NCBI GenBank assembly: GCA_963729875.1
Contig: CAVSPR010000010.1
Span: 77,704 to 141,703 of the forward strand
Direction of reading: 5' to 3'
Origin: an uncultured Acidobacteriota bacterium
GTDB lineage: Bacteria; Acidobacteriota; Vicinamibacteria; Fen-336
DNA: 64,000 nucleotides
Positions 38,018 to 46,664 of the stretch are shown here, piece by piece (positions within the stretch are counted from its first letter, which is position 1; each line of letters begins with the position of its first letter). Under the pieces are notes generated by a model. It did no database searches, was not told the origin of the DNA, and was given only the letters and a program-made list of their open reading frames with translations. The translations under genes were made by a program, and so were the position numbers.

Positions 38018-39402
38018 GCGCCCCCGATCCCCTCAAGGGCTACAAGGGCCGGGCCCGGGCGCGGCTCGAGGGCTTCGGCGTCCGGGTGTGGAGCGACGTG
38101 CGCGCCACGAACGACGCCGGCAGCGTCTTCGAGGGCGTGATCCTGCCCCGCAGCGAGACCCTCGACGACGAGCACGTCGTCATCAAGCTCAAGACCGGCT
38201 ACAACGTCGGCCTCCACGTCGACCGGGTTCGGACGATGGGCGAGGTCGGGTACAAGGAAGCCGTCTACAAGATCCCGGAGAAGGAGTTCCCCTCGCGGCC
38301 GGAGCTGCCGACGGTCACGCTCCTCGGCACCGGGGGGACGATCGCCTCGCGCCTCGACTACCGGACGGGCGCGGTGATCCCCGCCTTCACGCCCGGCGAG
38401 CTCTACGGCGCGGTGCCGGAGCTCGCCGACCTCGCGAACCTCACCACGAAGAAGCTCTTCGGCGTCTTCTCGGAGAACATGGCGAAGGAGCAGTACGTGG
38501 CCCTCGCCGAGGCCATCGGCCGCGAGATCGAGGACGGGGTGGACGGCATCGTGATCGGCCACGGCACCGACACCATGGGCCACACCGCGGCGATCCTGTC
38601 CTTCATGGTCCAGGACACCCCGGTGCCGATCGTGATGGTCGGCTCGCAGCGCTCGAGCGACCGGCCCTCGAGCGACGCCGCGCTCAACCTGATCCACGCG
38701 GTCCGGGCCGCGGGCCGGGGCGAGATCGCCGAGGTCCAGATCTGCATGTTCGGCCCGACCTCGGACCAGTACGCGCTGCTGCACCGCGGCACGCGCTGCC
38801 GCAAGATGCACAGCTCGTACCGGTCCACCTTCCGCACCATCGGCGGCATCCCTCTTGCCATGGTGGGCGACGACTTCACGTACCTCTCCGACGACTTCCG
38901 CCGCCGCGACCGCTCGGGCAAGGTGAAGGTGGACACGGCCTACGAGGACCGGACGACCATCCTCTACTACTACCCGGGGATGAAGCCGGACCTCGTGGAC
39001 GCGCTCGTCGAGAAGGGCTACCGCGGGATCGTGATCGCGGGGACGGGCCTCGGGCACGTCAACAAGCCGCTCTACCCGGCGCTCGAGCGCGCGGTGGCGG
39101 CGGGCGTCCACGTGGTGATGACCGTGCAGACGCTCTGGGGCTACGCCCAGATGTACGTCTACGACACCGGGCGCGACCTTCTCGACCTCGGCATCGTGCC
39201 CCTCGACAACATGCTGCCGGAGACGGCCCTCATGAAGCTGAGCTGGGTCCTCGGCCACACCGACGACCACGCCGAGGTGCTCCGCATGATGCGCCACCCG
39301 ATCAGCCACGAGACGACGGAGCGCGAGCCACACAACGGCTACCTCATCCTCCAGGGCGGGCTGCCGGAGACGGAGGAGTTCGTCTCCAGCCACTGGAAGT
39401 AG
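38014..39402 (+). CDS. gatD: Archaeal-type Glu-tRNA(Gln) amidotransferase subunit D (asparaginase-fold glutaminase)
   Basis: The GTG start overlaps the gatE stop (GTGA). Contains LGTGGTIASRLDYRTGAV, HGTDTMGHTAA, GSQRSSDRPSSDA and RKMHSSYRSTFR, the type I asparaginase/GatD signature blocks. Confidence 0.85.
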   Translation: MSAPDPLKGYKGRARARLEGFGVRVWSDVRATNDAGSVFEGVILPRSETLDDEHVVIKLKTGYNVGLHVDRVRTMGEVGYKEAVYKIPEKEFPSRPELPTVTLLGTGGTIASRLDYRTGAVIPAFTPGELYGAVPELADLANLTTKKLFGVFSENMAKEQYVALAEAIGREIEDGVDGIVIGHGTDTMGHTAAILSFMVQDTPVPIVMVGSQRSSDRPSSDAALNLIHAVRAAGRGEIAEVQICMFGPTSDQYALLHRGTRCRKMHSSYRSTFRTIGGIPLAMVGDDFTYLSDDFRRRDRSGKVKVDTAYEDRTTILYYYPGMKPDLVDALVEKGYRGIVIAGTGLGHVNKPLYPALERAVAAGVHVVMTVQTLWGYAQMYVYDTGRDLLDLGIVPLDNMLPETALMKLSWVLGHTDDHAEVLRMMRHPISHETTEREPHNGYLILQGGLPETEEFVSSHWK

Positions 39403-39465
39403 CGCCGGCTCTCCTGCGCGCGGTGCCTCCCCATCTCCGCCGGGGGCAATCGCGGCGGTCGATGG

Positions 39466-39471
39466 TATAGT
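39466..39471 (+). promoter_or_regulatory. Candidate -10 element (TATAGT) inside an AT-rich partial palindrome upstream of vapB
   Basis: TGGTATAGTAAGACTGGTAGGAGTATTACCATG: the TGGTA / TACCA arms flank the -10 and the AGGAG RBS. This is a plausible autoregulatory operator. Confidence 0.3.
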
Positions 39472-39492
39472 AAGACTGGTAGGAGTATTACC

Positions 39493-39717
39493 ATGCGCAT
39501 CACGTCCAAGGGGCAGGTCACGATCCCGCAGGAGATCCGGCTCCGGCTCGGGCTGCAGCCGGAGACCGAGGTCGAGTTCGATGTCGTCGGCAACGCGGTG
39601 AGGATGCGCAAGGTCGAGGGCCGCCCGGGCCGCGGCCGGGGGATCGTCGACCGCCTGCGCGGGCGCGCGACGACCCGGCTCACGACCGACCAGATCCTCG
39701 CCCTGACCCGGGGGTAG
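39493..39717 (+). CDS. vapB: AbrB/MazE/SpoVT-family antitoxin (VapB-type)
   Basis: 74 aa: MRITSKGQVTIPQEIRLRLGL, a SpoVT-AbrB looped-hinge helix motif. Confidence 0.8.
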   Translation: MRITSKGQVTIPQEIRLRLGLQPETEVEFDVVGNAVRMRKVEGRPGRGRGIVDRLRGRATTRLTTDQILALTRG

Positions 39718-39721
39718 CGGC

Positions 39722-40132
39722 ATGGCGGGGGTCCTCGTCGACAGCAACGTCCTCCTCGACGTCCTCACCGAGGACCCGGAGTGGTTCGCCTGGTCCTCGG
39801 AGGCGCTCGCGCGCTGCGCCGACGAGTCGGAGCTCGTCGTCAACCCGATCGTGTACGCGGAGGTGTCCGTCGGCTTCGGCCGGGTCGAGGACGTCGAGTC
39901 CGCCCTGCCCCCGGACGCCTTCATCCGCAGCCCGCTGCCGTGGGACGCGGCCTTCCTGGCCGGGAAGTGCTTCCAGGCCTACCGGCGTCGGGGCGGAGCG
40001 AAGCGTTCGCCGCTCCCCGACTTCTACATCGGCGCGCACGCGGCGGTGGCGGGGCTCTCGCTCCTCACCCGCGACCCCGTGCGGTACCGGACGTACTTCC
40101 CCAGGCTCCGGCTCGTCGCGCCTACTTCGTGA
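39722..40132 (+). CDS. vapC: PIN-domain ribonuclease toxin (VapC-type)
   Basis: 136 aa. VLVDSNVLLDVL (first acidic residue), ..NPIVYAEV.., DFYIGAHAAVAGLSLLTRD (conserved Asp pair context). Starts 4 nt after vapB. Confidence 0.85.
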   Translation: MAGVLVDSNVLLDVLTEDPEWFAWSSEALARCADESELVVNPIVYAEVSVGFGRVEDVESALPPDAFIRSPLPWDAAFLAGKCFQAYRRRGGAKRSPLPDFYIGAHAAVAGLSLLTRDPVRYRTYFPRLRLVAPTS

Positions 40133-40152
40133 TCCCCACCTGCTTCAGCATC

Positions 40153-40330
40153 TCACGCCGCCTTGTCGTTGGGGTTGCCCCACTCGAGGTGCTCGCCGAC
40201 CGTGAGCGGCAGGGTCGCGTCCATCATGGTGTTCATCACTTCCACGAAGGGCACCGTCGCGTGGACGGCCCGGAAGAGGTCGGGGCGCAAGTTGGTGACG
40301 GCGCCCATCAGGAGGCCGCTCACGGGGAAG
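40153..40330 (-). pseudogene. Remnant (about 55 codons) of an S9A prolyl-oligopeptidase/oligopeptidase-B-type serine peptidase
   Basis: The minus-strand reading GLLMGAVTNLRPDLFRAVHATVPFVEVMNTMMDATLPLTVGEHLEWGNPNDKAA* matches, from memory, the S9A block that follows the catalytic GGSAGG. The nucleophile Ser motif and the Asp/His part are absent. Confidence 0.5.
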
Positions 40331-41024
40331 CGTCGCTGTCCGCCTCGACCGCCCCGTCGCGCAGCCGGATGATGCGCGTGGCCAGCTCGACCACGCGCGC
40401 GTCGTGGGTGGCGAAGATGAAAGTGACGCTCCGCTCGCGGTTGATGTCCCGCATCAGTCGGACGATGCCGCCGCCGGTCTCGGAGTCCAGGTTCGCGGTG
40501 GGCTCGTCGGCCAGGACCAGGAGGGGGTCGGTGACCAGGGCGCGGGCGATGGCCACGCGCTGGCGCTGTCCGCCGCTGAGCTGGTCGGGCCGGTGCGCGA
40601 GGTGGCTCGCGAGCCCCACGGCCTCGACGGTCTCGCGCACCTTGCGGTCGCGGTCCTTTCGCGCCCGGCCCTTGAGGATGAGCGGGAACTCGACGTTCTC
40701 GTAGACGTCGAACACCGGCACGAGGTTGAAGCTCTGGAAGATGAAGCCGATGGCGTCACGCCGCAGCCGGGTGGCGGCGGCGTCGCTCAGGCGGCTCGTG
40801 GCCTGCCCGTGGACGTACACCTCGCCCTCGGTCGGCACGTCCAGGCAGCCGACGAGGTTGAGCAGCGTCGTCTTCCCCGAGCCGGAGGGGCCGGCCACCG
40901 CCACGAAGCCGCCGCGGGCGATCGAGAGGTCGACGCCTTTCAGGGCCCGGACCCAGGTCTCGCCCAGGCGGTAGGACTTCCGAACCCCGGCGAACCGCAC
41001 GACCGTGTCGGGATCATCGGCCAT
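40320..41024 (-). CDS. ABC transporter ATP-binding protein (MacB/LolD-type)
   Basis: 234 aa. Walker A GPSGSGKTT, Q-loop, signature LSGGQRQRVAIARA, Walker B LVLADEPT. Confidence 0.9.
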   Translation of the reverse strand: MADDPDTVVRFAGVRKSYRLGETWVRALKGVDLSIARGGFVAVAGPSGSGKTTLLNLVGCLDVPTEGEVYVHGQATSRLSDAAATRLRRDAIGFIFQSFNLVPVFDVYENVEFPLILKGRARKDRDRKVRETVEAVGLASHLAHRPDQLSGGQRQRVAIARALVTDPLLVLADEPTANLDSETGGGIVRLMRDINRERSVTFIFATHDARVVELATRIIRLRDGAVEADSDASP

Positions 41025-41032
41025 GGTCGTCC

Positions 41033-42244
41033 TCAGAGGAAGTACCGCAGGGAGAGGGCGAGGCTGCGTCGCACGGCGAGCAGGCCGAACTCGTCGGCCG
41101 CGCTCCCGTAGCGCCAGAAGCCCGTCAGGGCGACCTTGAACCGGCCCGCCGCGCTCCACTCGAGGACGGGCCTCACGTACCCGGAGCCGTCCTCCAGGCT
41201 CGTCAGGCTCACCAGGCCGAGCTTCCACCTCTTCGCGCCGGTGTGGGTGTACGACGCGTGGAGATAGGCGTGGCGCAGCTCCCCGGGCTGGCGGAGCGCC
41301 CCCGCGAGGCCCGCCGCCGGGTCCATCCCGCCCTCCGCCGGCGCGCCGAGGCCGCCGGCGAGGGCCCGGACGCGCTCGAACTCGGCGGCGGAGAGGCCGC
41401 GCGAGTCGTAGAGCACCTCCATCACGAGCAGGCCGTTCCGGAGCGCCTGCCGGTTCACCCCGAGGACCACGAGGCCCCGGACCGCGTCGCTCCGCTTCTC
41501 CACGGGGGGGGCTCCGGCGGCGACGTCCGGTGGTGGCACGGGGTAGATGCGCTGGTCGTTCCAGATGAGGCAACCCTCCGCCTGGACCGTCCACGAGCCC
41601 AGGCCGCGCCGGACCCCGGCCCCGAGCGTGCGCTCGGACTCGGTGCTGCCGAAGGCGTTGACGTAGGCCTCGGTGCCCCCGAAGTAGCCGTCGAGCTGCA
41701 CGCCCGGGAACACGCCGTCGGAGTTCCAGGCCACGACCAGCCGGGGCGTGAGACGGGCGGAGCGGCACCACACGGCGGCGGTCGAGATCCCCTCTGCCAG
41801 GTAGTCGGGCCGCGCCAGGTCGACCTTGGGCTGGGCAAGGAAGGTCGGGTTCCAGTAGTAGGAGTACTGGTCGGGGTAGCGCCGCACGCCCAGCGACGCG
41901 CCGCACTCGGCCGTCGAGAAGGCGAGGTAGGCCTCGTTCAGCTCCCCGGTCAGGCCCCCGAGCCGCGAGACGTCCTCGCCTCCCGCGATGGCGTAGCCGT
42001 CGAAGCGGGCGGTCAGCCGGCGGCTCTCGTCGCCCATCTGGAAGAGAGCCCGCAGGGACAGGGCCGTCTGCACGTCGTCCACGGCCTCGCTGCCGGGGGC
42101 GCCGGGGCTGCCGTCGTTGGCCCTCACCATCCACTCCAGGTCGCCCGACAGGCCCTGGGCGCCGACCGGGGCCGCGCCGGCGAGCGCGGCCACGAGCAGG
42201 CCGACCGCCGCGAGCGAGCGCGCCGCCCCGGGAGGGAAGCTCAC
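41033..42244 (-). CDS. Secreted hypothetical protein, probable outer-membrane beta-barrel
   Basis: The GTG start overlaps the upstream stop (GTGA). Signal peptide ..AGAAPVGAQG. Alternating-polarity strands throughout and C-terminal ..LALSLRYFL. Confidence 0.5.
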   Translation of the reverse strand: MSFPPGAARSLAAVGLLVAALAGAAPVGAQGLSGDLEWMVRANDGSPGAPGSEAVDDVQTALSLRALFQMGDESRRLTARFDGYAIAGGEDVSRLGGLTGELNEAYLAFSTAECGASLGVRRYPDQYSYYWNPTFLAQPKVDLARPDYLAEGISTAAVWCRSARLTPRLVVAWNSDGVFPGVQLDGYFGGTEAYVNAFGSTESERTLGAGVRRGLGSWTVQAEGCLIWNDQRIYPVPPPDVAAGAPPVEKRSDAVRGLVVLGVNRQALRNGLLVMEVLYDSRGLSAAEFERVRALAGGLGAPAEGGMDPAAGLAGALRQPGELRHAYLHASYTHTGAKRWKLGLVSLTSLEDGSGYVRPVLEWSAAGRFKVALTGFWRYGSAADEFGLLAVRRSLALSLRYFL

Positions 42245-43014
42245 CGGAGCGCCTCCACGGAAAGGGCGCCCGGAGGGACCGCGGCCTCCTCCAGCTTCTC
42301 GATGTCGATGACGGAGAAGCTGCCCTCGACCGTGTCGTCCCGCATCTCGATGCGGGTGGGACGCAGCCTCCGGGCGAGGTGCTTCGGTGCGCCGAAGGAG
42401 GCCGTCTTCGTCCGGAGGCCGGACCGCGTGAAGTACTCGAACTGCCGGGGGATGAAGGTCTCGGCGTCCACGACCATCTTGATCGAGGCGTACGTGATCC
42501 GCTCCGTCCGGGCCCGGCAGACGAGGACGTACACGCTCCGGCCGCCGACCACGCTCATCGCCTCCACGCGGCTGTCGTAGTCGTCGGCGTAGGCCGAGTC
42601 CATGAGGTCGCTGTTGGCGAAGCTCGAGTCCATGAAGTCTTCCTTCGCCGAGACCCGCACGACGTTCGGAAGGCCCGGGATCGCGATCCAGATGCTGCGG
42701 TCCCGGAAGAGGTACCTCTTGCCGACCTCGGTGGGGGGTGCGCTGAAGCTCAGCAGGCTGCCCGTGTGCCGGGCCCCCTTGAGGTGGATCCTGAAGGACC
42801 GCTCGCCCAGGCGGGGCTTGTGGTCGGTGAGCGTGAGCTCCATTGTGAACGAGGCGGGGAAGAGCGTCTCGTCCACCCGCGCCAGGACCTCCTCGGCCGT
42901 GAGGGGCGGGTTGCCCTGGGCCGTCCAGCCCGGCGCGAGCGGAAGGGCGAGCACCACCAGCGCGACGACGGCGGCGTGCCGCGACCTGGACCTCATGAAG
43001 GACCTCTCAATCAC
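42241..43014 (-). CDS. LolA-like outer-membrane lipoprotein-sorting/carrier family protein
   Basis: 257 aa with a signal peptide. LTAEEVLARVDE..FTMELTL.......RSFRIHLKG..TGSLLSFSAPPTEVGKRYLFRDRSIWIAIPGL is typical of the LolA_like family, which co-occurs with MacB-type permeases. Confidence 0.7.
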   Translation of the reverse strand: MIERSFMRSRSRHAAVVALVVLALPLAPGWTAQGNPPLTAEEVLARVDETLFPASFTMELTLTDHKPRLGERSFRIHLKGARHTGSLLSFSAPPTEVGKRYLFRDRSIWIAIPGLPNVVRVSAKEDFMDSSFANSDLMDSAYADDYDSRVEAMSVVGGRSVYVLVCRARTERITYASIKMVVDAETFIPRQFEYFTRSGLRTKTASFGAPKHLARRLRPTRIEMRDDTVEGSFSVIDIEKLEEAAVPPGALSVEALR

Positions 43015-44256
43015 GCAGCGCCTCCACGATCCTCAAGCGGCGGGCGCGGAGCGCCCCGCGCAGCCCGCCCAGCCAACCCGCCGTCACCCCGAGCACGGCA
43101 CAGCCCACGTACTCGATGGGCCGGCTGATCGGGTAGAAGCGGGGGCTGACGGGTGTCGAGGACAGCTCCCCGACGTCGGTCGGGATGCCGTGGATCCCGT
43201 AGTACCAGCAGAGGAGCGCGCCCAGCAGGCACCCGGCGAGGGCGCCGAGAGCTCCACGAGGGCCGACTCGGCCGAGACCAGGGCCAGGAGCGTGTTGCGG
43301 GACATCCCGACCGCCCGCAGCGTGCCGAGCTCGCGCGTCCTCTCGAAGACCGTCATCGACATGGAGTTGCTCATGATGAACGTCGAGACCAGGAGCAGCA
43401 CCCCGAAGAAGAGGGTGAGGAAGCGCGTGTCCACGGCGATGTCGGCCACGAGCGCGGGCTCGTAGTGACGCCAGTCGAACGCCTCGGTCGCCGCCGCGAG
43501 CTCGGGCCCGAGGAAGCCGGGGATCGCCCCGAGCACCGCCTTGGTCGCGCCCGGGTCCTCGAGCGCCACCAGCACCTCCGTGGCGCCGTCCCGCATCTCG
43601 AGCAGCTCCCGGGCGAGGGGCAGGGGGACGAAGAACGTCGCCTGGTCGACGGCGCTGAACGGGGGGCGGACGATCCCCACCACCTCGGCCTCGACGATGT
43701 TGGGGACGTCGTGGACGCTCTGGGCATTCAGCCGGACCGTCTGGCCTGGGGCGGCCTCGAGCAGGCGCGCGAGGCGCTCGGTGAGCAGCACCCCCGCGTC
43801 GGACGAGCGCAGGTAGCGCCCGGCCCGGACCCGCTCGGGAAGGAGCGAGAACGCCGCCTCGCGCTCCGGGTCGAAGGCGACACCGTGGCTGCGGAGCTGC
43901 TCCTGCCCCCGGGACAGCGACGCCGGGAAGCGGATGCGCGCGGAGACGAGCCGGACCCCGGGGCGGCCCTGCAGGGCGAGGAGGATCGGGCCGGGGTCGG
44001 CGATGGCCGGCGCGAGCGGCAGCCGTCGGGCGACGGCGTCGTAGCCGCGCGCGTGGATCTGGATGTGCCCGGTCCGGTAGCGCGTGGCCTTGGTCACCCC
44101 GTCGACGATGCGGAAGCGGTAGACGCCGACGAAGAACGCGATCATGGACAGGCAGACGACGAAGGCCGCCATGTCGAGCAGGGTGCGCCTCGGGTTCCGG
44201 CGCACGTTGCGCCCGGCGAGCCCGAGGACGAGCCGGGCGGGTCCCAGGGCTCTCAT
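43007..44256 (-). CDS. FtsX/MacB-type ABC transporter permease, with one frameshift near 43250-43262
   Basis: ORF 43084-44256 carries the N-terminal TM and the periplasmic domain. After ..GMSRNTLLALVSAESALV the frame must shift to read LGALAGCLLGALLCWYYGIHGIP...RRLRIVEALRD* (stop complementary to 43007-43009). Confidence 0.8.
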
Positions 44257-45464
44257 CGGAAGGACAGGGCCTCGATGGGCTTAATCTTCCCGGCCAGCCA
44301 GGCCGGGTAGACGCCCGCCAGGGCCGACACGCCGACCCCGATCACCAGGCAGAAGACGCCGATCTCGGCCGTGAACGCGGGGTGGATCACCCGGGCGATC
44401 CCGTCCAGCTGGGGTCCCATGTCGATGCCCCTGCGCCCCGCCAGGGCGACGACGAGCGCGCCCAGGGCCACTCCGAAGATCGAGCCGACGAGGCCCGTCA
44501 GCCCCGTCTCGGCCACGACGACGCCGGCGATCCCCCACCGCGACATGCCGATCGAGCGCATGGTCCCGAGCGTGCGGACGCGCTCGAAGACCGCGATCAG
44601 GTGCGTGTTCGCGATCCCCGAGACGACGACGCCGACAATGATCGAGAACAGCACGACGATCACGATGTTCACCCAGACGAGCCCGGCCGCGATCTCGGCG
44701 TAGACGTCGCGCCAGGAGTGCACGGCGAGATGCCGCTTCGCCAGCGGCCCCGCGAGCTCGGCCACCACCCGCGCCGTGTCGTCGGCGTCGCGTAGCCGCA
44801 CCAGCACCGCGGTCACGCTCGACCGCACCTGCAGGAGGCGGCGCACGGTGTCGATGGAGGCCAGCGCGAGGTCCTCGTTCTCCTCGGTCTTGTCGGTCCG
44901 GTAGATCCCGGCCACGACCACGCTCACGGCGTTGAGGCCCCCGTTGGGGTTGTAGGCCAGGAGGGTCAGCCGGTCGCCCACCTTCAGTCCCAGGTAGCGC
45001 GCGAGCCCCCAGCCGAGGACGACGCTTCCGTCGGAGGCCGGGAAGGCGCCGTCCACGATCGCCTGGCGATAGCGTCGGTTCCACGCCGCATCGCCGACGT
45101 CGATGCCACGGAGCATCACCTCCGCGGAGCGCTCGCCGCTCAGCAGCCGGGCCCCGCACGCCAGCTCGACGGTCGCGCCCGACACGTCGGGGCGCCCGCG
45201 CAGCGCTTCGAGGAGGGGCGCGGGGTCGTCGATGGCCAGGTGAACGGGCAGCATCGCGGCCCTCTCGCGGTAGCCCTCCCGCTCCACCGTGACGTGGCCG
45301 ACCGTGTCGAAGGCCAGCTCCATGAACATGCGCCTCATGCCGATGAGGAGCGCGAGCGCAGAGGTGAGCGCGGCGATGCTCAGGGCCATGGCCACGACCA
45401 CGCCCATCGACCTCCGCCGGTCCCGCAGGGCGTGGCGCCAGGCGACCTTCAGAACCATGGCCAT
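44253..45464 (-). CDS. FtsX/MacB-type ABC transporter permease
   Basis: Intact 403 aa with the same architecture. The C-terminal FtsX block is RVRTLGTMRSIGMSRWGIAGVVVAETGLTGLVG. Its stop overlaps the downstream start (ATGA). Confidence 0.85.
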   Translation of the reverse strand: MAMVLKVAWRHALRDRRRSMGVVVAMALSIAALTSALALLIGMRRMFMELAFDTVGHVTVEREGYRERAAMLPVHLAIDDPAPLLEALRGRPDVSGATVELACGARLLSGERSAEVMLRGIDVGDAAWNRRYRQAIVDGAFPASDGSVVLGWGLARYLGLKVGDRLTLLAYNPNGGLNAVSVVVAGIYRTDKTEENEDLALASIDTVRRLLQVRSSVTAVLVRLRDADDTARVVAELAGPLAKRHLAVHSWRDVYAEIAAGLVWVNIVIVVLFSIIVGVVVSGIANTHLIAVFERVRTLGTMRSIGMSRWGIAGVVVAETGLTGLVGSIFGVALGALVVALAGRRGIDMGPQLDGIARVIHPAFTAEIGVFCLVIGVGVSALAGVYPAWLAGKIKPIEALSFR

Positions 45465-45474
45465 CGCGCTCTCT

Positions 45475-46664
45475 CTAGGCCACCGGCGCCGCCGGCGCCG
45501 GGCGCGCCGTCGAGAGGGGGCGCCAGTCGCACGCCAGCGCGAAGTCGATGCAGCGCCTGAACAGCTCGTAGTCGAAGGGCGGACAGCGCACGCCGGCCGC
45601 CTCGAGGACCCGGTCGGCGCGCGTGGTGTCGAAGAGGCGCGTGTCCTTCAGGTAGGGCCGGTAGACGTCGATGTCCTTCTCGAACCGCTCCTCGAGAGCG
45701 GTCTTGGGCGCCGCGAGGAACGTCTCCGACGGGCAGGCCGCGGGACCCGTCAAGCGGAAGTAGCGCGACGTGTAGGCGACGAGGTCGGCCACCGAGGAAG
45801 GCCGCTTGTTGACGAGGTGGTAGATGCCGGGCTCGGCGTCCGAGGCGATCACGGCGAGCACGGCGTCGACGACGAAGTCGATGGGCACGAGGTTCAGGAC
45901 CCCTCCCCCGGGGGGCCCGTGTCCAGCCGCACCGGCACGTCGAGCGTGCCGTCCTCGCGCAGGTGGACCCCCATCTCGGCGGCGAGCCGCCCCTCGTTCT
46001 GGTCGATGTCCATTCTCAGGAGGTCGAGGATGTATCGCGAGAACCGGACGGGGTAGTACATGGCGTTGAAGAGCAGGGTCCGCCCGTCCGCGGAATCGCC
46101 CACGATGATCGAGGGCCGATGGACGTACACCGGGACGTGGCGGCGCCGGCCGAAGTCCAGGACCATCTTCTCGGCCTCGAGCTTCGATTCCTCGTAGGAG
46201 TTGTGGAAGCCCGGCGGGTCCTCGATCGCCTCGGCGCAGAGCCCGTCCCGACGGCCGGACACGAAGGCCGTGCTCATGTGGTGGAGGGAGCGGAGGGGCG
46301 CGGCCTCCGCCAGCTCGAGCAGGTGGGCCGTGCCCTCGACGTTCGAGGCGTAGATCTGCGCCCGCTTCGTCTCCTCGAAGGTGGTCGCCGCCGCGCAGTT
46401 CACGATCCCGTCCAGGCGGCGGGCGAGACGCGTGAAGGCGGCCGGGCTCAGGCCGAGCCCGGGCCGGGCGAGGTCGGCCTGCACCAGCTGGACGCGGGAG
46501 GCCTCGCTCGCCCCGTGCCAGCGCAGGACGCGCTCCAGCCGCTTCCGCGCCGGGTGGTTCTCGCGGGAGCGGACGAGCGCCGCCACGCGATGGCCCGCCC
46601 GGAGGAGAGCCACGGTGAGGTAGGAGCCCACGAACCCGGCGGCGCCCGTGACCAGAAACCTCAT
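45475..46664 (-). CDS. Thioester-reductase / fatty-acyl-CoA-reductase-type extended SDR (NAD_binding_4-like), with one frameshift near 45890-45900
   Basis: MRFLVTGAAGFVGSYL (Rossmann), ..HHMSTAFVSG.., NSYEESKLEAE (YxxxK). The C-terminal part (PIDFVVDAVLAVI..) lies in ORF 45475-45888. The frame break falls in the run CCCCTCCCCCGGGGGGCCC. Confidence 0.75.

Noticed and set aside
33459-39924. Long minus-strand ORFs 33459-35816, 35918-37207 and 37891-39924 opposite the cyclase, gatE and gatD
   Set aside because: They are antisense shadows. The plus-strand products carry GGEEF, GatE and asparaginase-type signature blocks.
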